10,827 nt of DNA from Polyangiaceae bacterium. GTDB taxonomy: Bacteria > Myxococcota_A > Polyangia > Polyangiales > Polyangiaceae. The notes below the pieces were generated by a model. It saw nothing but the letters and a program-made list of their open reading frames with translations. It ran no database searches and was not told the origin of the DNA. Of this stretch, positions 1-7,963 are shown piece by piece. Each line of letters opens with the position of its first letter. Position 1 is the first letter of the stretch. Position numbers and translations under genes: made by a program. The DNA is taken from contig JBGANF010000196.1 in NCBI GenBank assembly GCA_044222475.1, positions 1-10,827 of the forward strand, given 5' to 3'.

Positions 1-1200
1 GACCTTGGGCATCGGCTGGGCGCGCGCGCGATCCGGGAGGCGCAGCCGGATGGCCTTGTTCGAGCGAACGAGCTGCTCGCTCTCGAGCGACGGCGTCGCG
101 CTTCCGAGGACGCAGACCCCGCGGGCGCGGTGCGCGCGCAGGATCGCCATGTCGCGCGCGTGGTAGCGAACGCCTTCGTCCTGCTTGAACGACGAGTCGT
201 GCTCTTCGTCGACGACGAGCAGGCCGAGGTTTGCGATCGGGGCGAACAGCGCGCTTCGAGCGCCGATCGCGACGTCGACCTCGCCGCGTCGCAGGCGGTA
301 CCACATCGTGTGGCGCTCCTTCGGGGTGAGCGCCGAGTGGAGCACGGCGACGTCGTCACCGAACCGGGCGCGAAAACGCCCGACGAGCTGGGGCGTGAGC
401 GCGATCTCGGGCAGCAGCACGATGGTCCCCTTGCCTCGCGCGCGCGCGGCGGCGATGGCGTGGAGGTAGACCTCGGTCTTTCCCGAGCCGGTCACGCCGT
501 GGAGGAGGAAGACCTGCGGAGCCTGACTCTGGACGGCGGCGTCGATCGCGGCGGCGGCGGCGCGCTGCGCGTCGGTGAGCTCGGGCGGCGCGTCGCGCAC
601 GACCTCGGTCGCGAAGAACGGATCGTTCATGCGCGCCTTCTGCACGAGGCGCACCGTCTTCGACGCTTCGAGCTTCTTCACCGTCGCCCGCGCCGACGGC
701 CACGTCTCGACGAGTCGCGCGAGCGGGACGCTCCCCACGGCGCGCACGCGGGCGAGCAGCGCGGCTTGATTCGAGGTCAGCTTCGGCGGGGCGGGCCCTT
801 CGTCGACCTCGACCCAGGTGACGAGGCCCTCGGCGATGCCCTTCGTCGTACCAAAAAGGGACGGCTCCTCGATGACCTCTCGAATGCCGCGATCGACGGG
901 CGGCAACGCGAGGCGGAGCACCTCCCCGATCGGCGACAGGTAGTAGCTCGACAGCTCGCGGAGAAACTCGAGGAGATCGGGCGGGAGCGCCGGGAGCGGG
1001 TCCGGCGCGGCGAGTACGGCGCGCACCTTCGGCGGAGGTTCCCCTTCGCGCCGCGAGAGGAGGACGCCGAGCTCGCGCCGCGATCCGAGCGGAACGACGA
1101 CGCGCGCTCCCGGGACGCACGCGGCATCGAGCGACGCCGGGATCTCGTAGGTGAGAGCGCGCCCGAGGGGCACGGGCAAGGCGACGTCGCAGAGCCGCAT
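1..1200 (-). CDS. priA: Primosomal protein N' (replication restart helicase PriA), 5' part; runs off the left edge
   Basis: Not in the ORF track because there is no stop in the window. ATG at 1200 reads MRLCDVALPVPLGRALTYEIP. Walker A FLLHGVTGSGKTEVYL (from 510) and LVVDEEHDSSFKQ (from 219) are in the same frame. LVPEIALTPQL and LGSATPSLES motifs are also present. Confidence 0.96.
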   Translation of the reverse strand, partial: MRLCDVALPVPLGRALTYEIPASLDAACVPGARVVVPLGSRRELGVLLSRREGEPPPKVRAVLAAPDPLPALPPDLLEFLRELSSYYLSPIGEVLRLALPPVDRGIREVIEEPSLFGTTKGIAEGLVTWVEVDEGPAPPKLTSNQAALLARVRAVGSVPLARLVETWPSARATVKKLEASKTVRLVQKARMNDPFFATEVVRDAPPELTDAQRAAAAAIDAAVQSQAPQVFLLHGVTGSGKTEVYLHAIAAARARGKGTIVLLPEIALTPQLVGRFRARFGDDVAVLHSALTPKERHTMWYRLRRGEVDVAIGARSALFAPIANLGLLVVDEEHDSSFKQDEGVRYHARDMAILRAHRARGVCVLGSATPSLESEQLVRSNKAIRLRLPDRARAQPMPKV

Positions 1201-1203
1201 CGG

Positions 1204-2402
<1,199 letters not shown>

Positions 2403-2469
2403 GGCGGCCCCCACGCTATCCTACCGGCGCGCCGAGATTGCAAGCGGTGCGTGTCGGCCCTGGTTCAGC

Positions 2470-3114
2470 TCAGCCGGGGCACGCCCACGGCGTTTCTTGC
2501 CAGTACCCGCCTTCGCACTGGAGGACCGTTCCGCCCGGGAGCACGCACGCCCCGTAGTCGCACTGGACGCTCGCTGGCGCCGAGCACGGCGAACCGATCT
2601 TCGGGCGCGGGACCGGACAGATGGGGTTCTGCGGTTTCCCGCAGTACCACTTGGCGACCGCCGCGGCGTCGAGCGGGAACGGTCCTCCCATGTCGACCGT
2701 GCACGCGCACTCGCCTTCGGGGTAGTTGCAGTGCGTCGGGTAGTCGGCGGAGCAGCTCTTGCCGACGGGCACGCTCGCGAACGTCGACGGGCACTTGGGC
2801 GAGTTCTTGTCGGTGCACTCGGGCGGCGGCGGGCCCGGTGGCGGGACGGGAATGCTCCACGCGCCGCTCTCGCACCGCGCGATGACGTTGCACATCGTGA
2901 GTTGGCTGGATCCGTACTCGCAGGAGAAGCCCTCGGGCGAGCACGGAGCGCCGTTCTGCGGGACGTTCGCCGGACACTTTCCGGTGACGCCGCCGTCGTT
3001 CACGCTGCCGTCGTTTCCCAGCGGGCTGTCCGGCCCGGCGTCACCGATCGGCTGGGCGACGCTGCCGCCGCAGCCGACGATGAATGTGCATACTACAAGT
3101 ACGAGATTGCGCAT
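2470..3114 (-). CDS. Cys-rich putative lipoprotein, paralog A (214 aa, three 6-Cys modules)
   Basis: MRNLVLVVCTFIVG-C signal/lipobox, DAG/DGG linker, 18 Cys alignable with paralogs B and C. GGAG SD lies upstream of ATG 3114; an alternative ATG at 3126 overlaps the upstream stop (TGATG). Confidence 0.88.
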   Translation of the reverse strand: MRNLVLVVCTFIVGCGGSVAQPIGDAGPDSPLGNDGSVNDGGVTGKCPANVPQNGAPCSPEGFSCEYGSSQLTMCNVIARCESGAWSIPVPPPGPPPPECTDKNSPKCPSTFASVPVGKSCSADYPTHCNYPEGECACTVDMGGPFPLDAAAVAKWYCGKPQNPICPVPRPKIGSPCSAPASVQCDYGACVLPGGTVLQCEGGYWQETPWACPG

Positions 3115-3125
3115 CGAAGGCTCCA

Positions 3126-3797
3126 TCACTGAGGACAACCGAAGTTACGCTCGCGCCAGACGCCGCCCGAGCACTGGATCAACACACCGCCGACGAACTG
3201 ACACATCCCGTAGTCGCACATGGCGTCGGGCACGCTGCACGCGGTTCCGAGCTTGGGCCGCGGTAGCGGACACGAAGGATCCGACGGCTTGCCGCCGCAG
3301 TACCACTTGGCGACCGCCGCCGCGTCGGCGGGGAACGGTCCGCCCTGCGCGACGGTGCACGCGCACGCGGTCTCGGGGTAGTTGCAGAACAGCGGGTACT
3401 CGGCGGAGCAGCTCTGCCCCACCGGGACGCTGGCGTAGCTCGGCGGACACTTCGGCGAGTTCACGTTGGAGCACTGCGGCGGCGGCGGGCCCGGCGGCGG
3501 GAACGGGATGTTCCACTTGCCGCCGTTGCACGTGGCGACGAGGTTGCACATCAACAGATTGCTCGTCCCGTACTCGCACGCGAGGTTCGGAGTCCCGCAC
3601 GGGTCGCCGTTCGTCGGGAGGGTCGGCGGGCACGCCGTCGTGCCGCCGTCGGTGATCGGCGCGTCCTTCCCGGAGTCGCCGATCGATCCGTCGTTGGTGG
3701 TGCCGTCGCTCCCGGAGTCGTTTCCGCCGATCGGATCGCCCACGGTTCCGCCGCAGGCGAAGAGGACGGTGCAACCGATGAGGAGAGTGACTCGCAT
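3126..3797 (-). CDS. Cys-rich putative lipoprotein, paralog B (223 aa)
   Basis: C-terminal half of track ORF 3126..4406. The likely start is ATG 3797 (MRVTLLIGCTVLFA-C), with a GAGG SD overlapping the stop of paralog C. Same 18-Cys pattern. Confidence 0.88.
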   Translation of the reverse strand: MRVTLLIGCTVLFACGGTVGDPIGGNDSGSDGTTNDGSIGDSGKDAPITDGGTTACPPTLPTNGDPCGTPNLACEYGTSNLLMCNLVATCNGGKWNIPFPPPGPPPPQCSNVNSPKCPPSYASVPVGQSCSAEYPLFCNYPETACACTVAQGGPFPADAAAVAKWYCGGKPSDPSCPLPRPKLGTACSVPDAMCDYGMCQFVGGVLIQCSGGVWRERNFGCPQ

Positions 3798-3805
3798 GGG
3801 AAACC

Positions 3806-4450
3806 TCACAAAGGACAGGGGACGTCGGTCTGCCGCCAGTAGCCGCTCGTGCACGTCATCGCAGTTCCGCTCGGGAAGATGCACGCGCCGTAGTCGCACA
3901 GGAGGTTCGGCGTGGAGCACGCCGAGCCGAGCTTCGGGCGAGGCTTGGGGCACTTCGAGTCGGACGGTACGTCGCAGTGCCACGTCGCCGCGGCGGCCGC
4001 GTCGAGGGGTACCGGTCCGCCGGCGCCCGGCGTGCACGAGCAGATCCCTTCGGGGTACAGGCAGTCGAGCGGATACGACTCGGAGCAGCTCTTCCCTTGC
4101 GGCACCGACGCGTACGTCGACGGACACGTCGGCGGGTTCTTCCCGCCGCACCCCGGCGCAGGCGTCGACAGAGTCCACTGCCCGGTGTCGTCGCAGGTGG
4201 CGACGACGTTGCACGCGCGGTTCGAGCTCGAGCCGTACTCGCACTCGTACGCCGGCATGATTCCGTTGGCCGGTGGGCACTTCGTGCCGGCGGTCGGCGG
4301 GCTGGGCGGACACGGGCTGCCGCCGCCGGCGTCGCTCGAGGCGTCGTTGCCTCCACCGTCGTTTCCGTTGCCGCCGTCGATGGGACTGACGGTGGAGCCG
4401 CCGCACGCAGCCAAGGTCAAAGCGAAGAGGAGAGGTCCGAAGGAACGCAT
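3806..4450 (-). CDS. Cys-rich putative lipoprotein, paralog C (214 aa)
   Basis: ATG 4450 gives MRSFGPLLFALTLAA-C, a canonical LAAC lipobox, then a G/D/N linker and the same 18-Cys pattern. Confidence 0.9.
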   Translation of the reverse strand: MRSFGPLLFALTLAACGGSTVSPIDGGNGNDGGGNDASSDAGGGSPCPPSPPTAGTKCPPANGIMPAYECEYGSSSNRACNVVATCDDTGQWTLSTPAPGCGGKNPPTCPSTYASVPQGKSCSESYPLDCLYPEGICSCTPGAGGPVPLDAAAAATWHCDVPSDSKCPKPRPKLGSACSTPNLLCDYGACIFPSGTAMTCTSGYWRQTDVPCPL

Positions 4451-4462
4451 GGTCGCCCGTAC

Positions 4463-4479
4463 TGCAATCCGATGGCCAA
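4463..4479 (-). promoter_or_regulatory. Candidate sigma54 (-24/-12) promoter of the lipoprotein operon
   Basis: Minus strand reads TTGGCCATCGGATTGCA, with exact GG-N10-GC spacing and TGGC...TTGCA consensus. Predicted +1 is ~4452, 2 nt before ATG 4450. Confidence 0.6.
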
Positions 4480-4495
4480 AACCGCGGCGGCCGTC

Positions 4496-4510
4496 AAATC
4501 GCCGCGATTT
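4496..4510. repeat. Perfect 7-1-7 palindrome AAATCGC-C-GCGATTT, possible regulator site
   Basis: Seen directly in the divergent intergenic region 4451-4669, just upstream of the sigma54 motif. Confidence 0.4.
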
Positions 4511-4669
4511 CGAGGACATTTTCGCGCCTCGGGCGGTCTCCTACCCCGTGCCAGGCTGTGCCACACCGGGCTCGGGCCGTCAGATGGCCAGGTGATCCAC
4601 GCGACTTCACCGCGGCTGCGAAAACTTCGAGATCGGACGACGCTTGGTCGGTCGCGATATCTTGTCGCG

Positions 4670-5044
4670 ATGAGACGACTGGCGCTGCTCGCTTCCCTCA
4701 CGATGCTCGGGTGCGTCGACGGAACGAAGTGCAACCAAGATCGCGCGCAAGCTTTTGCCCATGCGCACTCCTTCGCGCCCGCGACTTGGTCGTGCGACGA
4801 GAGCACCTGTCTCGCCACCTTGACCGCGAAGCAAGCGAGCGATCTCTCGGGGGAAGGAATCGCGATCGTGGACCAGGGTCCAGGGACGTGCATGGAGTTC
4901 GTCAGCAAGCACTCGGACGCAGTCGGTCACGCGCACAGCCAGATGCGTGATCCGTGCACCGCGGGTGGCTGCCGCGAGCTCAGCATGACCTACAGTTGGG
5001 TCGTCAGTCGGTCGACGGGCGAAGTCTGCTTTTCGATCTATTGA
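4670..5044 (+). CDS. Small secreted/lipoprotein-like hypothetical protein (124 aa; 8 Cys, two HAHS motifs)
   Basis: C-terminal part of track ORF 3977..5044. ATG 4670 gives MRRLALLASLTMLG-C (signal/lipobox-like) with a normal protein-like composition. TATCTT -10-like box lies 6 nt upstream. Confidence 0.75.
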   Translation: MRRLALLASLTMLGCVDGTKCNQDRAQAFAHAHSFAPATWSCDESTCLATLTAKQASDLSGEGIAIVDQGPGTCMEFVSKHSDAVGHAHSQMRDPCTAGGCRELSMTYSWVVSRSTGEVCFSIY

Positions 5045-5119
5045 CGCGACGGATCGATCGTGTTCGCGGTAGCTCCTTCCCCGCGTGCTCGACGACCCGC
5101 ACGTCCAGCGCGCCGTCGT

Positions 5120-5140
5120 CGATCGCCCCTAGGGCGATCG
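5120..5140. terminator. 9-bp GC stem-loop CGATCGCCC-CTA-GGGCGATCG between convergent genes
   Basis: Perfect inverted repeat 4 bp after the TetR stop. There is no U-tract, so terminator function is uncertain. Confidence 0.35.
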
Positions 5141-5144
5141 CCCG

Positions 5145-5828
5145 TCATCGCTTCGGCGCCGTCGGCTTCGGGCTGCGCTGTGGCCTGGGTGCGGCGTCGA
5201 GCGGAGCGAGCTGACGCCGCCCGGCTGGCGTCGCGTAGACCATGAACAACGCGAGCGCCGCGCGCGCGTGTAGGTCCAGGCGTTCGGCGGGATCGCGGTG
5301 GGGTGCGGCGAGCAGCGCGGACGGCACCCAGAAGAAGACTTGGGTGAGCACCTGAAGCCTCAGGAGCGCGCGGTCGGTGCGTTCGGCGTCGAGCAGGCGC
5401 TCTTGGACGAGGCGTCCGATCAGGCCGTCGACGCGCTGCTCGCGGGCGCGCTGCAGGCGTTCGTGCCCATCGCGCAGCGCGGGGAGCGAGAGCATGAGCC
5501 CCACGGCGTCGCGCATGAGCCATCGATGCTCGACGTCGCGCTGCATGATGACGCGGACCATCCGATCGATCTCGATGAAGTCCAGCGGACCGGGGTGCGA
5601 AGTGACTGCATTGTTGCTCGCGTGCGCCTCCTCGACGAGCGCGGCGATCAGCGCGTCCTTCGTCGGGAAGTGATAGGAGAGGTTCCCCGGGCTGAGGCCC
5701 AGCTCGCGCGCGAGGTCGCGGATGCCGACCGCGGAGACCCCGCGCTCGTTGAAGGCGTGGCGGGCAAAATCGAGGATTCGTCGCGCAGTTGCGCTCGATG
5801 TCGATTTAGTACGTTGACCTAATTGCAC
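5145..5828 (-). CDS. TetR/AcrR family transcriptional regulator
   Basis: N-terminal HTH: TARRILDFARHAFNERGVSAVGIRDLARELGLSPGNLSYHFPTKDAL. Helical C-terminal domain. GTG start at 5828 with TACTAT 7 nt upstream. Confidence 0.93.
   Translation of the reverse strand: MQLGQRTKSTSSATARRILDFARHAFNERGVSAVGIRDLARELGLSPGNLSYHFPTKDALIAALVEEAHASNNAVTSHPGPLDFIEIDRMVRVIMQRDVEHRWLMRDAVGLMLSLPALRDGHERLQRAREQRVDGLIGRLVQERLLDAERTDRALLRLQVLTQVFFWVPSALLAAPHRDPAERLDLHARAALALFMVYATPAGRRQLAPLDAAPRPQRSPKPTAPKR
5807..5821. promoter_or_regulatory. Putative TetR operator 1 (TAGTAC-gtt-GACCTA)
   Basis: Imperfect palindrome, repeated 30 bp downstream. Confidence 0.65.
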
Positions 5829-5836
5829 GTGTGGGA

Positions 5837-5851
5837 TAGTACAATGTCCTA
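5837..5851. promoter_or_regulatory. Putative TetR operator 2 (TAGTAC-aat-GTCCTA) overlapping divergent -10 boxes
   Basis: Imperfect palindrome overlapping TACAAT (+, 5840-5845) and TACTAT (-, 5841-5836). It abuts ATG 5852. Confidence 0.7.
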
Positions 5852-6421
5852 ATGGAACGGACCATCACCAACACTGCGACCGGCGAGACGCTCACCTACC
5901 TCGAAACGTCGAGCGAGACCGGCGGCGCACGGAGCACCTTCGAGCTGGAGGTCAAGCCCGGCGGCGGGGTTCCGCTGCATCAGCACTCGGATCACGACGA
6001 GCTCATCGAAGTGGTCTACGGCGAGATCGAGGTGACGTCGAAGGGCACGACCCGCCGCGTCGGTCCCGGAGAGCGCCTGGTGATCGAGCGCGGCACGACG
6101 CACCGGTGGTGCAACCCGTCGTCCGACCGCGATTTGAGGTTCCGCGGCGGCATGACGCCGGGACATCCCGACTTCGAGCTTTTCCTGCGCGTGTACTACG
6201 GCCTGGGCCGTGACGGTGAGCTCGGGGAGGACAAGGTGCCGAAGCGTTTTGGCGATCTCGCGCTGCTCGGCGCTCTCGATCCGTCGATCTTCGTCGGAGC
6301 GAAGCGGCTCCTGCGACCGATCATGATGTGGATCGCCGCCCGAGCGCGAAAGCAGGGTCGCGAGGCCGAGCTGCTCCGCCGCTACGCGCCCGACCATGCC
6401 GCGGAGAGAACGCCGAAGTGA
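5852..6421 (+). CDS. Cupin domain-containing protein (189 aa)
   Basis: Cupin motif 1 VPLHQHSDHDELIEVVYGEI and motif 2 VGPGERLVIERGTTHRWCN retain the H/H/E/H metal ligands. Divergent from the TetR gene. Confidence 0.9.
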   Translation: MERTITNTATGETLTYLETSSETGGARSTFELEVKPGGGVPLHQHSDHDELIEVVYGEIEVTSKGTTRRVGPGERLVIERGTTHRWCNPSSDRDLRFRGGMTPGHPDFELFLRVYYGLGRDGELGEDKVPKRFGDLALLGALDPSIFVGAKRLLRPIMMWIAARARKQGREAELLRRYAPDHAAERTPK

Positions 6422-6442
6422 CCATGAAGGGTGGCGCGAGAT

Positions 6443-6457
6443 TGCGCAGTCTGCGCA
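6443..6457. promoter_or_regulatory. Palindrome TGCGCAG-T-CTGCGCA, candidate enhancer-binding-protein site
   Basis: Perfect 7-1-7 inverted repeat, plus an extra TTGCGCA at 6465-6471. Centred ~100 bp upstream of the predicted sigma54 start. Confidence 0.45.
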
Positions 6458-6522
6458 TCGCCCGTTGCGCACTCGAAGGCCGAGAATCCCGAGGCGCGGG
6501 CGCAGCCGCGCCGCCATGACCA

Positions 6523-6538
6523 TGGACCGAGGGTTGCA
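6523..6538 (+). promoter_or_regulatory. Candidate sigma54 promoter of the second kinase
   Basis: TGGACCGAGGGTTGCA has GG-N10-GC spacing and matches TGGCACG-N4-TTGCW except at 2 positions. Confidence 0.5.
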
Positions 6539-6609
6539 CTCGACTGAGCTCCGACGCGGCTCGGTCGCGGTGACGTTGCTCGGCGGAAGTTCACCACGGG
6601 GGGAATCAG

Positions 6610-7614
6610 ATGCGCATCGTCGAACCACTTAGCGGAATGATCGATGGGCGTTTCATGATCGACCGGGTCGCCGCGACCGGTGGGATGGGGACTGTCTATC
6701 GCGCCTACGACACGCTCACGGGCGACCAGGTCGCCCTCAAGGTGCTGAACGCAGTCGGCGGGGCCACGTGGCGCTTCGCTCAGGAGGCGGAGATCGCCCG
6801 GGTCATCGACCACCCGTTCGTGGTCCAGTACGTCGCCCACGGCCACACGACCGACGGCGCACCGTACCTCGCGCTCGAGTGGCTCGATGGCGAAGACCTC
6901 GCTACGCGACTGTCGCGAGGTCCGCTCTCGCTGGGGGAGAGCCTTCAGCTCGTGCGTCGCATCTCGAGGGCGCTCAGCGCGCTGCACGACTCCGGGATCG
7001 TTCATCGAGACCTGAAGCCGGCCAACGTCTTCTTGCGTGACGGCAGAGTCGATCGTGCGGTGTTGCTCGACTTCGGAGTGGCGAGGATGATCCGGCGCGC
7101 GGACACGGACGACGTGACGGGAAGGGGCGTGAGCGTGGGAACGCCGCAGTACATGGCGCCCGAGCAGGTGACGATGGGTGCGATCGACGCTCGCACCGAC
7201 GTCCACGCGCTCGGCACGCTGCTGTACGAGTGCCTCACCGGAGCCGCCCCGTTCGCGTCGAACAACCTCGCGGTCGTGGTTCTCCGGATTCTCCGGGAGC
7301 CTGCGCCTCGCCTCTCGGACATGTGGGTCGAAGTCTCGAGCGAGCTCGAAGCGTTCTGCGCGCAAATGCTCGAGAAAGATCCTGCGAAGCGGCCGGCGGA
7401 TGCCCGGGCCGTTTGCGAGTTCGTCGAGGGGCTGATGGAGCGTGAAGGGATCGCGCCCTGGGCGCGAAGCCCGGTGCAACCGAAGGTCCGCCTCGTCGTG
7501 AGCGCCAGCGTCGATGCCTCTGCGCCCACTCTCCTGGAGACCGCGGCGCGCATCGATCGGATGGGAGCTCGGCTCGCGGAACGACGACCGTCGTCGGCCC
7601 CGTCGCGCTGGTGA
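6610..7614 (+). CDS. Hanks-type Ser/Thr protein kinase, soluble (334 aa)
   Basis: TGGMGTVY, VALK, HRDLKPAN, LLDFG, GTPQYMAPE and ARTDV motifs. G-rich SD upstream. Short tail with no TM segment. Confidence 0.93.
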   Translation: MRIVEPLSGMIDGRFMIDRVAATGGMGTVYRAYDTLTGDQVALKVLNAVGGATWRFAQEAEIARVIDHPFVVQYVAHGHTTDGAPYLALEWLDGEDLATRLSRGPLSLGESLQLVRRISRALSALHDSGIVHRDLKPANVFLRDGRVDRAVLLDFGVARMIRRADTDDVTGRGVSVGTPQYMAPEQVTMGAIDARTDVHALGTLLYECLTGAAPFASNNLAVVVLRILREPAPRLSDMWVEVSSELEAFCAQMLEKDPAKRPADARAVCEFVEGLMEREGIAPWARSPVQPKVRLVVSASVDASAPTLLETAARIDRMGARLAERRPSSAPSRW

Positions 7615-7643
7615 TTCGCGTGCACCGGCCCTGGATCGCGGGT

Positions 7644-7920
7644 TCAGCTCACGAAGAGATTCGCGATGCGTCCAGCTCGCCGATAGCCCGCACGAAGCAG
7701 CCAGGTGCTCGGCTCGCTCACCGGTGGTGGCCCGGTCCCCGGTGACCATTTGGGGACGCGGACCTCGTGCGCGAAATGCGTCTCGAGCTGCGCCGATAAA
7801 TACGGGTCGAGCAGGCCGCGCTCCGTCGTCTTCACGTGACGCGCGTGGTTGAAGAGCACGTACGCGACGGCGTTCGCCGCACGCGTCGCGGCTCTCGAGG
7901 CAGAGCTGGACCGATCGCGC
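7644..7920 (-). pseudogene. C-terminal remnant of an IS200-like/RAYT-type Y1 (HUH) transposase
   Basis: NAVAYVLFNHARH...DPYLS...PPVSEPSTWLLRAGYRRAGRI resembles the C-terminus of myxobacterial Y1 transposases (recognised from memory). The HUH motif and N-terminus are absent. The 5' boundary is approximate. Confidence 0.65.
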
Positions 7921-7963
7921 AAACGCGAGCGCCGCTGCTGCATCGGCGAAGCGGATCGCAAAA

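Noticed and set aside
2418..2443. TTGCAA...TAGGAT as a full sigma70 promoter for the first kinase
   Set aside because: The spacer is only 14 bp; the -10 alone may be real but the pair is not supported.
3798..4406. N-terminal extension of track ORF 3126..4406
   Set aside because: Alternative frame over paralog C; the signal peptide and SD place the start at 3797.
6432..6446. TGGCGCGAGATTGCG as a sigma54 promoter
   Set aside because: Spacing is GG-N9-GC; sigma54 needs N10.
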